This document shows positions 29,132 through 38,413 of a stretch of 64,000 nt of DNA, in pieces. Made by a program: the position numbers and the translations under genes. Source of the DNA: Candidatus Dojkabacteria bacterium (GTDB lineage: Bacteria > Patescibacteriota > Dojkabacteria > GCA-002793355); NCBI GenBank assembly GCA_030583685.1, contig CP129470.1:479007-543006 (forward strand), in the 5' to 3' direction. The notes beneath the pieces were generated by a model. That model saw nothing but the letters and a program-made list of their open reading frames with translations, was not told where the DNA came from and searched no databases. How positions within the stretch are numbered: the first letter of the stretch is position 1; each line of letters starts with the position of its first letter.

Positions 29132-29941
29132 ATGCTAGGCTACGGTATGAATAAGTTCGGGTTATATGGTGCAGCCTTAAAACCAGAAAGAATTATTGTT
29201 GCACACGTTGCATTCTTTGTTGCAATTATTGCGTATTGGCCGGGAAGTAATGGAGTATTAGGAACCCTCTACGGAGTTGCGTTGTTTGTACTTTTTTATG
29301 GTGCAGTATATTTAATGAATGACATTCTCGATTACCGAGAGGACAAGAAAGATCCACATAATAGAAAGCGAGTTCTTGCATCAGGATTGGTTACACGAAG
29401 AGAAGCAGTTTTGGTAGCCGCTCTTCTTCTGCTGCTGACAGCGGGAGGAATGTTTTTTTATGATATTTCTCTGTTTGGATTGGCAATTCTTCTTTGGGGA
29501 ATGAATGTTTTGTATGCACGTTGGTTGAAGGCAATCCCATATCTTGATTTGTTCTTTATTGCATGGACTCAAGCGATAAAGTTCTTAGCGGGAGTTGTGG
29601 TAGTCGGGGTCAGTATCGTGATTCTTTTTGACGTATGGCCATTATTTCTTGCGGTATATTGCGCAGGGTTGCTCATGCATGTTGAGAAGCAGATGGGGCG
29701 ATTACAGGAAGGTCGTGAACGAAAGTTCCGGTTTGGTCATTACACGATGCGCGGCTTGAATAGAATTCGTTGGTTTGCGATTCTTGGTGGTTTTGGATTA
29801 ACCTTCAGCATGTGGGGCCATCCATTCTTCTTTCTCATGCTTCTCGCAATGGGTATTGTGACAACGTTACGGTTTTTATTCCCTGGTGAAAAAACTATGT
29901 CTGCGGTTCATGCCCTTGAAAAAATTTTCCAACCGAGGTAA
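29132..29941 (+). CDS. Second UbiA-family prenyltransferase paralog.
   Basis: LMNDILDYREDK (NDxxDxxxD). Polytopic membrane protein, 269 aa. Confidence 0.65.
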   Translation: MLGYGMNKFGLYGAALKPERIIVAHVAFFVAIIAYWPGSNGVLGTLYGVALFVLFYGAVYLMNDILDYREDKKDPHNRKRVLASGLVTRREAVLVAALLLLLTAGGMFFYDISLFGLAILLWGMNVLYARWLKAIPYLDLFFIAWTQAIKFLAGVVVVGVSIVILFDVWPLFLAVYCAGLLMHVEKQMGRLQEGRERKFRFGHYTMRGLNRIRWFAILGGFGLTFSMWGHPFFFLMLLAMGIVTTLRFLFPGEKTMSAVHALEKIFQPR

Positions 29942-30649
29942 TTAAAACCCATCGGCGATTCCGCAATCTTCGTTGAAGGTGAGGTCTTGCTGTTGTTGAT
30001 AGTCTGCAATTGGCTTTAATTCAAACGTGTCGTAGCGATCTTTGTGTTGTTTTAGTTCTTCTGCTGTTGCCCAGAAGTTCCTTTGATAAGGGGTTTCTTC
30101 AATCAGGTTGCCAGATATTCCCGTAACTAAGTGACGATAAAAGATAACATCTTGAACGGTTTCTTCTTCACGGGTACGTATTTTTCGGAAGATTGAAAGG
30201 AGCTTCACTGACGTAGCGGTTAATCCAGATTCTTCATACAGCTCGCGAAGTGAGGCATCTACAAGTGTTTCTCCAAAGCGAATTTTTCCTGTAATAAGTC
30301 CGATTTTTCCAAAATAGGGATGACGAAGGCGTTTGTTAACGAGATATTCATCTTTTCCGTCTTCACGTGTTCGTGCAACGACCAAAAGTACAGAACTTTT
30401 GGGTTGTTTCTCAACGATGTCAACGGTATCGTCCATGAGGTTTCCGTAATCTTTTCCTTGATCGGAAAGTGAATATCCTGCGTCTGACTTGTTAATAAAG
30501 CCAATATCAAGAAGCTTCTGTAAGTGATAATTCATGTGCTCGCTTTCAAGACCTGCAATCAATAACTGATTGAAGCGAAGAGGTTCACTCGCGACGATCA
30601 ATTTTTTGAGAAGGTCTTTTTGATAATAATGTAGTTTTATTGTTTCCAT
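29942..30649 (-). CDS. Nudix hydrolase with an N-terminal winged-helix domain.
   Basis: Perfect Nudix box GKIRFGETLVDASLRELYEESGL (Gx5Ex7REUxEExGU). N-terminal HTH-like ~70 aa. Confidence 0.75.
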   Translation of the reverse strand: METIKLHYYQKDLLKKLIVASEPLRFNQLLIAGLESEHMNYHLQKLLDIGFINKSDAGYSLSDQGKDYGNLMDDTVDIVEKQPKSSVLLVVARTREDGKDEYLVNKRLRHPYFGKIGLITGKIRFGETLVDASLRELYEESGLTATSVKLLSIFRKIRTREEETVQDVIFYRHLVTGISGNLIEETPYQRNFWATAEELKQHKDRYDTFELKPIADYQQQQDLTFNEDCGIADGF

Positions 30650-30762
30650 ACGGTATTGTTACCTATTTACCGCAGAAATCAACTGAAAAGAATTTTAGTT
30701 GTGAGCATATGCAGAAAAGTGCCTTGTTTGCTCTCAAGGCGCGAAAGCATTATAATTCCCCT

Positions 30763-32565
30763 ATGGAACGAACAATTTCTTCAGGTCTTGCAGCACTCGT
30801 TGGTCAACAAGCGAGAGTGGAAGGCTGGTATCACAATCTACGAGAACTTGGTAAGGTCGGCTTTTTGGTGCTTCGTGATCGAGATGGACTTGTCCAAGTG
30901 GTTATTGACAAGAAAGAGACAATAAAAGAACTAGCAAAACTTCAGCCGGGAACAGTTATTCGAGCTATTGGAACGGTTAAAGAAACAACCGCAACAGATA
31001 TTGGCGTCGAATTGGTTTCTCCTGAAATCGAAGTGCTCGTACCAATTACAGAAGTGAGTCCTGTCTCCTATAACAAGAAATCTCTTGATGTGAATATCGA
31101 TACAGAACTTGATTTTCGGCCGTTAGTGCTGAGAAATCTCAAGAAACAGGCAATATTCAAAGTGCAAGCAAAGATTCTTCAAGCGTTTGCCGATTCCTTA
31201 CGAAATCAAGGATTTATGGAATTTCGTACTCCAATTTTGATGCATGCACCTTCAGAAAGCGGTGCGAGTGTCTTTGAGGTGAATTATTTCGAGGGAAAGG
31301 CATATTTGGCGCAATCTCCGCAGGTGTACAAGCAGATTATGGTTGGCGTATTTGAGCGAGCATTTACCATAACGCCTGTTTTTCGTGCAGAAAAGCACAA
31401 TACGACGCGTCACATTATGGAATTAACGCAAATGGATGCAGAAATGGGATTCATCGAAAGCTATCACGAAATTATGGCAGTTGCTGAAAAGACAATAAGA
31501 GATATTATTGCTACCGTTGTCGCGGAATATGCACAGGTATTTCAAGAATATGGAGTTGCCTTGCCACAAGTACCAGAAAAACCATTTCCAAAAATAAAAG
31601 TAAAGGAAGCACTCGCTGTTATTGAAGCACGAACAGGGAAAAGTGCTGTCAGAGAAGAGTTAGATCTCGACCCGGAGGATGAACGAGAAATGAGTAAATG
31701 GGCCCTTGAAGAGCATGGATCTGACTTCCTTTGGGTTATCAACTTTAAAGCAAATAAGAATTTTTACACCTGGGATGATCCACAAAATGCTGATGAATCA
31801 CTCTGTTTTGATTTAGAGTTCCGCGGATTAGAAATGCTTTCGGGAACGCATCGTATTCACTTGCATGAGCAACTTCTTGAGCGGTTTAAGAAGGAAGGGT
31901 TGACAGAAGAACATTATGAGCATTATTTTCAAGCATTTAAGTACGGCATGCCTTCTGAAGGTGGGTTTTCTTTTGGACTTGAGCGGCTCACGATGAAACT
32001 ATTTGAATTGAAGAATATTCGTGAAGCAACCCTCTTCCCCGCAGACTTAAAGAGAATTGCAGGAGCAAATAGAATTAAAGAAAAAGTCGTTGGCGAGCAT
32101 GCCGTTGTCGAGAAAATTAAGAAATTGTTGGACTCACGCGCGATTAAGTATCACTTTGAGGAACATGAAGCGGTACGAACCAGTGAAGAAGCCGCCGCAT
32201 TACGGGGGACTTCGCTTTCTAGCGGTGCTAAAGCGTTGATTCTTGTGGGAAAAAAGACAGGAAATCACGCTATGGTGGTAATTCCAGGCGATAAGAAACT
32301 TGCGCTTTCGGCGGTAACAGAAAAAATTGGCGAAAAAATGGAATTTGAAAAACCAGAGACAATTCTCGCTGAGTATGGGATTAAAGTGGGGGGAGTCCCT
32401 CCTTTTGGGAATCTTCTCGGAATGAGACTGTTAATGGATACCGGTGTTGCTAAAAATTCACAGATTTCCTTTAATGCAGGCAAGCAAACGTGTTCCATTC
32501 ACATGTCAGGGAAAGATTTAGCAGAAGTAACTGACGCAGAAGTTGGGGAATTTGCACAAAGGTAG
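30763..32565 (+). CDS. aspS: Archaeal-type class IIb Asp(Asn)-tRNA synthetase fused to a C-terminal ProX/YbaK-like deacylase domain.
   Basis: OB anticodon-binding N-terminus. Motif-2 region FRTPIL...LAQSPQVYKQ. Motif 3 GGFSFGLERLTM...FP. C-terminal ~170 aa with GAKALILVG...GGVPPFG (YbaK/ProX). TATAAT at 30751-30756 precedes the ATG at 30763. Confidence 0.8.
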   Translation: MERTISSGLAALVGQQARVEGWYHNLRELGKVGFLVLRDRDGLVQVVIDKKETIKELAKLQPGTVIRAIGTVKETTATDIGVELVSPEIEVLVPITEVSPVSYNKKSLDVNIDTELDFRPLVLRNLKKQAIFKVQAKILQAFADSLRNQGFMEFRTPILMHAPSESGASVFEVNYFEGKAYLAQSPQVYKQIMVGVFERAFTITPVFRAEKHNTTRHIMELTQMDAEMGFIESYHEIMAVAEKTIRDIIATVVAEYAQVFQEYGVALPQVPEKPFPKIKVKEALAVIEARTGKSAVREELDLDPEDEREMSKWALEEHGSDFLWVINFKANKNFYTWDDPQNADESLCFDLEFRGLEMLSGTHRIHLHEQLLERFKKEGLTEEHYEHYFQAFKYGMPSEGGFSFGLERLTMKLFELKNIREATLFPADLKRIAGANRIKEKVVGEHAVVEKIKKLLDSRAIKYHFEEHEAVRTSEEAAALRGTSLSSGAKALILVGKKTGNHAMVVIPGDKKLALSAVTEKIGEKMEFEKPETILAEYGIKVGGVPPFGNLLGMRLLMDTGVAKNSQISFNAGKQTCSIHMSGKDLAEVTDAEVGEFAQR

Positions 32566-32593
32566 CGTTGGCTGCTGCAACTGACCCAGGGAA

Positions 32594-33547
32594 TTATTCT
32601 TGACATTTCCACTCAGTATTTCCTTGTCGTTCGCACACCAGTGCTCCAACACCGTTACGAATTCTCCAGGGGTATTGCTTATTGTCTATGGTAACGACGG
32701 TTGCATTTGGTTTCCCTGAAGTGATTTCCAGCTTTGTGGTTGCGGTGAACGTAACAGAGTAACCTTTACTTTTTACCCCAACTGCCTTTTGTGTGCTGTC
32801 TGCAATTGCTTGGATCCATGCGTCTTCCGATGTTTTTATAGTGACAGAACTTTCTTGCACAGGATTTTGCGATTGTGGTGCTTGTGTTTGCACTTCTGTT
32901 GGACGTCCTGGTGGAATGTAGATGAGAGTCACGACTTGAGTTGCTTTCTGTCCATCAATGTTTTTCTTTGCTGCTTCAAAAGAGTACGTGTTATCGCCTT
33001 CGCGTAGCTCAAGGGTAAGGGAAAAGGTATTATCTTCGCGGAGTTGCACTTGTGAGCCATTAACCGTCACTAACGAGTTTTCTTCAACAACACCCGTTAT
33101 CTCGTAGGTGGGAGAATCTACCGTCGTAATGGGAGCGTTGGGTTGTACAATGCGAAACTCAGGAGGTTGTTGTAAGCGATAGAACTGAGTAATCAAAAAG
33201 GTAAAAATTCCAATAAAAAATACAATAATTGCGAGTGAAATGATTGTTGTTGGAGAAATGACAACGCTTTGTGGCCTGACTAACATTTTTCTTGCTTTCA
33301 GAGGAACATCTTCTTCTCCAATTTGGCGACGAAAAAGGGCAACGACATTTTCTGCATCGAGCCCGAGAAAAGATGCATAACTTCGGATAAATCCCTTAAC
33401 AAACGTAGAGGAGTTAAAGGTACTAAAATCATTTTGTTCAATCTTTTTAAGATAATCTGGTTTAATTCGAAGGGTCTGTGCAATTTCTTCTATTTGTTTT
33501 CCAGAATGTTCTCGTGCTTTTTTGAGTAAATTTCCGACTGTCAGCAT
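32594..33547 (-). CDS. RodZ-like protein: Xre-type HTH, single TM, and a C-terminal DUF4115-like domain.
   Basis: N-terminal HTH LLKKAREHSGKQIEEIAQTLRIKPDYLKKIE. Central TM. C-terminal beta-rich domain. Confidence 0.5.
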   Translation of the reverse strand: MLTVGNLLKKAREHSGKQIEEIAQTLRIKPDYLKKIEQNDFSTFNSSTFVKGFIRSYASFLGLDAENVVALFRRQIGEEDVPLKARKMLVRPQSVVISPTTIISLAIIVFFIGIFTFLITQFYRLQQPPEFRIVQPNAPITTVDSPTYEITGVVEENSLVTVNGSQVQLREDNTFSLTLELREGDNTYSFEAAKKNIDGQKATQVVTLIYIPPGRPTEVQTQAPQSQNPVQESSVTIKTSEDAWIQAIADSTQKAVGVKSKGYSVTFTATTKLEITSGKPNATVVTIDNKQYPWRIRNGVGALVCERQGNTEWKCQE

Positions 33548-33586
33548 GAAGAGATTATAACGCACTTTAACCTGCTATACTCGACA

Positions 33587-34762
33587 ATGAGTAAGTTTGT
33601 ACTGTCAGATGACCAAAAAAAGGTGTTAGACGCGATGCTTTCGTGGAATACTTCGAACCAACGAGAGCCATATATCACGGTTGGAGGCTATGCAGGTACA
33701 GGCAAAACAACTGTTATCGCCGAATTTCGTAAAGAATTGACCAAACTTTCCGAGGCAACAAAAATTGCTTTCTGTAGTTACACAGGTAAAGCTGCAAGGG
33801 TGTTACAACAACGATTAAAGCAGCAAGGTGCCCTGCGTTTGGTGGATTCTGTCGGGACAATCCATTCTTTGATGTATTCTCCTATCACTGATGAGAAAAC
33901 GCAGGAAATTATTCGATGGGATAAGAACAAGGAGATTAAAACTGACCTTATTGTGGTTGATGAAGCATCAATGGTGGATGAAGAAATATGGTTTGATTTG
34001 CTTTCGTATGGTATTCCGATTGTTGCGGTTGGCGACCATGGACAATTGCCACCAGTTCGAGGAACGTTCAACCTTATGCAATCACCCATGATTAAGCTGG
34101 AAAAGATTCACCGACAAAACGAAGGAAATCCAATCATTATGGTTTCCTTGTTGGCGCGGACTGAAGGGGTTATTCCCCTTGGAAAGTTTGGAGAAAAAGT
34201 CAGAAAGGTGAATCGTTATGATCCCGAAGCTCGCGAACAAATTGGCTCAATTTTAGATAGTTATAACACAGAAACTATGTTGTTGTGCGGATACAATAAA
34301 ACTCGTATCGATTTGAATAAATATATTCGTCAGCAGCGCGGTTTTGAAACGGATATTCCAAAACCGCGCGATCGCGTCATCTGCCTTCGGAATAATCATT
34401 CAGCGCAAATTTATAACGGAATGCTTGGTTCTGTGGAGTCGGTGGATATGCGAGATGACGGCAATTATTTCATGCAAATTGCTCTTGACGGTGAAGAGTA
34501 CCCATTTCGTGGTGATGTACTTGCAGAGCAGTTTAACGCGCCAACAAGTTTGAACTTTTCCAAGAACAGAGCAATAACTCGACAGTTCGATTTATTTGAC
34601 TTTGGTTACGCACTTACGGTTCATAAAGCACAAGGTAGCCAAGCTCGGCGAGTGATTCTCTTTGAGGAACGGTTTGCAAAGATGAGTGACGACGAATGGC
34701 GAAGGTGGCTCTACACAGGGGTGACTCGTGCTGAAGAAGAGTTAATTATTGTTGGTGGGTAA
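33587..34762 (+). CDS. RecD-like SF1 DNA helicase (AAA_30 plus UvrD_C_2).
   Basis: Walker A GGYAGTGKTT. Walker B VVDEASMVD. C-terminal LTVHKAQGSQARRVIL. Confidence 0.7.
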   Translation: MSKFVLSDDQKKVLDAMLSWNTSNQREPYITVGGYAGTGKTTVIAEFRKELTKLSEATKIAFCSYTGKAARVLQQRLKQQGALRLVDSVGTIHSLMYSPITDEKTQEIIRWDKNKEIKTDLIVVDEASMVDEEIWFDLLSYGIPIVAVGDHGQLPPVRGTFNLMQSPMIKLEKIHRQNEGNPIIMVSLLARTEGVIPLGKFGEKVRKVNRYDPEAREQIGSILDSYNTETMLLCGYNKTRIDLNKYIRQQRGFETDIPKPRDRVICLRNNHSAQIYNGMLGSVESVDMRDDGNYFMQIALDGEEYPFRGDVLAEQFNAPTSLNFSKNRAITRQFDLFDFGYALTVHKAQGSQARRVILFEERFAKMSDDEWRRWLYTGVTRAEEELIIVGG

Positions 34763-34799
34763 CCCCTTGAATACTTTTGCCAATTTGTTAGAGTAAAGT

Positions 34800-35633
34800 G
34801 TGAAAGCAAATAAAACAAAAATCATTGTCCGTTTCGTCGGAACTTTTTTTTCAATCGTTACAGTCGTCTCGGTAGGGCTGCTACTTCTTGTTCCAGAACT
34901 GAGATTTTGGGAGCCTGAGTCTGAAGCTGCGGCGAATTGTGAATATGGATCATATCCTGCGGGAACTTGTCCAAATACTGTTTGTCCTGACGCACGATAT
35001 TGTGCGATGAACCCAGTTGTTGGCGCTGATTCTGTAAAATGTTTAAGTATATCTACATCTGACATTATCTACGACTGTTGCCCTGCAGGAAAGATACTCA
35101 ATAGAGCAGGAACACTTTGCGTTACTCCTCCAGTAAATAATGTTTGTCAAACCTATGGTATTCATCCTGAGAATACTTGTACGAACACGCGTTGTCCTGT
35201 TGGAAGACATTGTGCGAGTAACCCTGTTGTGGGAGCGGACGCAGTCAAATGTCTTTCTTTGCCCTTGAGTGGTGATTTCATTTATGACTGTTGTCCAGAA
35301 GGAATGGTATTAAATGAAGCGAGAACCCAGTGCATAAGCCCAACGGCAACAACAACGAGTACCCCTTCTGTAACAACAACCGCAACAACGGTGGGAACGC
35401 CTTCCGGGACCGGTAATGTCACCTTTACTGCTTCTGCAACTGCAACTGCAGTTTTAACAACAATCCCTCCTGTTACAACCGGTTCACAAACAGCGACACA
35501 CGTTCCAGCAGATACCGGTTTTAGGGAAGACATTCTTCTTTACCTCGGAGGTGTTTTATACGGCGTCGGCGTACTTGCGTTCATTTATGCCAGAACAATG
35601 ACTCGCAAAGTGGGAAGTCAGCCCGCTGGTTAG
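34800..35633 (+). CDS. Secreted Cys-rich protein with two tandem 8-Cys modules, a Thr-rich linker, and a C-terminal sorting-signal-like anchor.
   Basis: N-terminal signal anchor. Two ~65-aa repeats share the same Cys spacing. C-terminus VPADTG, then a hydrophobic helix, then RTMTRK. Confidence 0.4.
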   Translation: MKANKTKIIVRFVGTFFSIVTVVSVGLLLLVPELRFWEPESEAAANCEYGSYPAGTCPNTVCPDARYCAMNPVVGADSVKCLSISTSDIIYDCCPAGKILNRAGTLCVTPPVNNVCQTYGIHPENTCTNTRCPVGRHCASNPVVGADAVKCLSLPLSGDFIYDCCPEGMVLNEARTQCISPTATTTSTPSVTTTATTVGTPSGTGNVTFTASATATAVLTTIPPVTTGSQTATHVPADTGFREDILLYLGGVLYGVGVLAFIYARTMTRKVGSQPAG

Positions 35634-35671
35634 AGGTACATAGCCCTGATATTCAGTATTTGTAGTATAAT

Positions 35672-37732
35672 ATGCTCATGCGTTTTCAACTTGCGTCAGA
35701 CTACAAACCACTCGGCGATCAACCTGCGGCAATTGAAAAATTGGTTGCTGGAGTAAAAAATGATCAAAGAGCACAAGTACTGCTTGGTGTCACCGGAAGT
35801 GGAAAGACGTTTACGGTCGCAAATGTCATTCAGCAAATTCAGAAGCCCACTCTCATTATTTCTCATAACAAGACGCTTGCAGCACAGCTGTATCAGGAGT
35901 TTAAAGAGTTTTTTCCCAAAAATGCGGTGCAATATTTCGTCAGTTACTATGATTATTACCAACCAGAAGCATACATTCCGCAACGAGATTTGTACATCGA
36001 AAAAGATGCGGATATCAATGAAGAGATCGATAAACTCCGTCTTGCAGCGTCAACTGCGTTAATGACGCGCGAGGATGTCATTGTTGTTGCGTCAGTTTCG
36101 GCAATATACAACTTAGGTTCACCTGAGACATACAGAAAAGCGATGGCGTTGATTGAGATTGGAAAAGGTTCTGGGCCACAAAAATTACAAGAACAACTGG
36201 TAAATCTTTATTATGAGCGTAACGATGTTGATTTTAAGCGAGGGACATTCCGACTTAGAGGTAACGCTCTTGATATTCATATTTCGTATGCGGAACTTGG
36301 AGTTCGAGTTATCTTTTCTGGCGATGTCGTGAGTACTGTCGAGCTTTTTAACCCAATTGACGGTAGTGTTGTGTCTGACTATTCATACTACATTGATCTC
36401 TTGCTCGAAGTCGAAGGGGAGACCATCAAAAAAGTGGTGCTGTACCCTGCAAAGCATTATGTCATGGATGAAGCGGTACAAGAGGAGGCGATTAAACGGA
36501 TTAATGCTGATGTTGAGGCTCGAGTAAAAGAATTTGAGAAACAAGGAAAAATGATTGAGGCACACCGACTCAAACAAAAAGTTCAGTACGATATGGAGAT
36601 GATTCGAGAAATTGGATATTGCAAGGGAATTGAAAATTATTCTTACTACTTTGACGGCAGAAAAATTGGGGAACCTCCGTATTCTTTAATGGATTACTTT
36701 CCAAAAGATCATCTGTTGATTATCGATGAATCCCACATGACGATTCCCCAGGTTCGTGGCATGTTTAATGGTGATCAGGCGCGGAAAGAGAATCTTATAG
36801 AGTATGGCTTCCGATTGCCAACAGCACGTGAAAATCGACCACTTCGCTTTCCAGAGTTTGAAGAGAGAATGGGGAATACGATATTTCTTTCCGCAACTCC
36901 CGAAGAGTACGAAATGCAAAAGGCTGGAAAAGAAAACGTCGCAGAGCAATTAATTCGTCCAACCGGAATTATCGACCCAATTGTCGAAGTTCGCCCTGCT
37001 TCAAACCAAGTACAAGATTTAGTCGGGGAAATTAAAGTGGTGCTCGAGAAAAAAGAACGTGTTTTGGTAACCACTATGACCAAAAGAATGGCAGAGGATT
37101 TATCAGAATATTTAAAAGAACTTGGGATTCGGGTTACTTACCTGCACTCGGATATCGACACACTTGAGAGAACTGATATTTTGGCTGATCTTCGCGCAGG
37201 AAATTACGATGTTCTGGTCGGAATTAACTTACTGCGAGAAGGACTCGACTTACCAGAGGTTTCTCTTGTTGCGATTTTAGATGCCGACAAAGAAGGTTTC
37301 CTTCGTTCGCGAACCAGTTTGATTCAGACCATGGGAAGAGCTGCGCGACATATTGAAGGCCGTGTTATTTTATATGCCGAAAAAAAGACAAGGAGCATGC
37401 AAGAAGCATTGTTTGAGGTTGAACGTAGACGTGCAATTCAGCTGGAGTATAACAAAGAACACGGCATAACTCCGCAGTCGATTCACAAAGCGATTCGCCA
37501 AAGAATTCTTCCGAAACAAGTTGAGGAGTCGGATGAAGCAAGAGATCAGAAAATTCACACCATGCTTGGCAAAGATATTGAAGTTATGGTTGCCTCGTAT
37601 CGAACAATGCCAAAGAAAGAGCAGAAATCAACGATAGATTGGCTCACTAAGGAAATGAAGAAAGAAGCGCTCGCGTTGAACTTCGAAAAAGCAATCGAAT
37701 TGCGAGAATTACTTAAGGGGTTGCGAGGATGA
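35672..37732 (+). CDS. uvrB: Excinuclease ABC subunit B.
   Basis: GVTGSGKTF Walker A. Helicase motifs. C-terminal UvrB/C interaction motif (EFEKAIELRE). TATAAT abuts the first ATG, so the true start may be the ATG at 35678. Confidence 0.95.
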   Translation: MLMRFQLASDYKPLGDQPAAIEKLVAGVKNDQRAQVLLGVTGSGKTFTVANVIQQIQKPTLIISHNKTLAAQLYQEFKEFFPKNAVQYFVSYYDYYQPEAYIPQRDLYIEKDADINEEIDKLRLAASTALMTREDVIVVASVSAIYNLGSPETYRKAMALIEIGKGSGPQKLQEQLVNLYYERNDVDFKRGTFRLRGNALDIHISYAELGVRVIFSGDVVSTVELFNPIDGSVVSDYSYYIDLLLEVEGETIKKVVLYPAKHYVMDEAVQEEAIKRINADVEARVKEFEKQGKMIEAHRLKQKVQYDMEMIREIGYCKGIENYSYYFDGRKIGEPPYSLMDYFPKDHLLIIDESHMTIPQVRGMFNGDQARKENLIEYGFRLPTARENRPLRFPEFEERMGNTIFLSATPEEYEMQKAGKENVAEQLIRPTGIIDPIVEVRPASNQVQDLVGEIKVVLEKKERVLVTTMTKRMAEDLSEYLKELGIRVTYLHSDIDTLERTDILADLRAGNYDVLVGINLLREGLDLPEVSLVAILDADKEGFLRSRTSLIQTMGRAARHIEGRVILYAEKKTRSMQEALFEVERRRAIQLEYNKEHGITPQSIHKAIRQRILPKQVEESDEARDQKIHTMLGKDIEVMVASYRTMPKKEQKSTIDWLTKEMKKEALALNFEKAIELRELLKGLRG

Positions 37733-38277
37733 GTACATCTTTTAGTCCGATAAGAGGCAATATCTGTGCTCGCGATTTTACTGGAGAACGACCATCACAT
37801 GAGCAAAAAAATATTTCCGAGAGGGAAGAAGCCAGATTGTTAATAGCTATGTGTCGGGAATATTCTCATCTCTTTGCAAGTCATTTCCGTTCAAATCTTC
37901 GGTACGATGGAAAATTAACTAAAATTGAGATCAAAACTGAGCGAGAAAGAAACATAGAGCTTTTTATGACAAGTTCTCCAAGAATATTAGCACTTACATG
38001 GAATATGTTGGTATCCAGTATAACCGATGAGAATAAGTCTGAGGTAAGGTCAATTTTAAATACATATTATTGGTTTCTAGCAATGTCGTTATATAGGAAA
38101 AAAGTAAAAAATCTAATTGAAGGAGAGATTCCTGATTATTTTGCAAGTATAATAAAAGAAGTTAGGGCCCTGGAAAAACTCTCCCCAAAACGTCTTGTAT
38201 TTCCAAGTGCAAAGAAATTTGGTGAATTTGTACCTGATTGCCTCAAAATAGTACTCTTCAAGGTTTACGAATTTTGA
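37729..38277 (+). CDS. Hypothetical 182-aa protein, translationally coupled to uvrB (ATGA overlap).
   Basis: ORF with a 4-nt stop/start overlap. No recognisable domain. Confidence 0.35.
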   Translation: MSTSFSPIRGNICARDFTGERPSHEQKNISEREEARLLIAMCREYSHLFASHFRSNLRYDGKLTKIEIKTERERNIELFMTSSPRILALTWNMLVSSITDENKSEVRSILNTYYWFLAMSLYRKKVKNLIEGEIPDYFASIIKEVRALEKLSPKRLVFPSAKKFGEFVPDCLKIVLFKVYEF

Positions 38278-38413
38278 GGTAAGGAGTGACAGGTCTTCGT
38301 GCTCACTTTACCAAACTCTTCGTGTATCTGAACTTTCCGGAACTGACTAACTCCATACTGATTTTACCACGAGAAAAACCTGGCAGTTTAACGGCACGTC
38401 CTTTTTATAGATA

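Noticed and set aside
38278-38413. Convergent intergenic region between the 182-aa ORF and the trpS stop, checked for an intrinsic terminator.
   Set aside because: Only weak near-palindromes (GGCACGTCC) and no convincing GC-stem plus U-tract.
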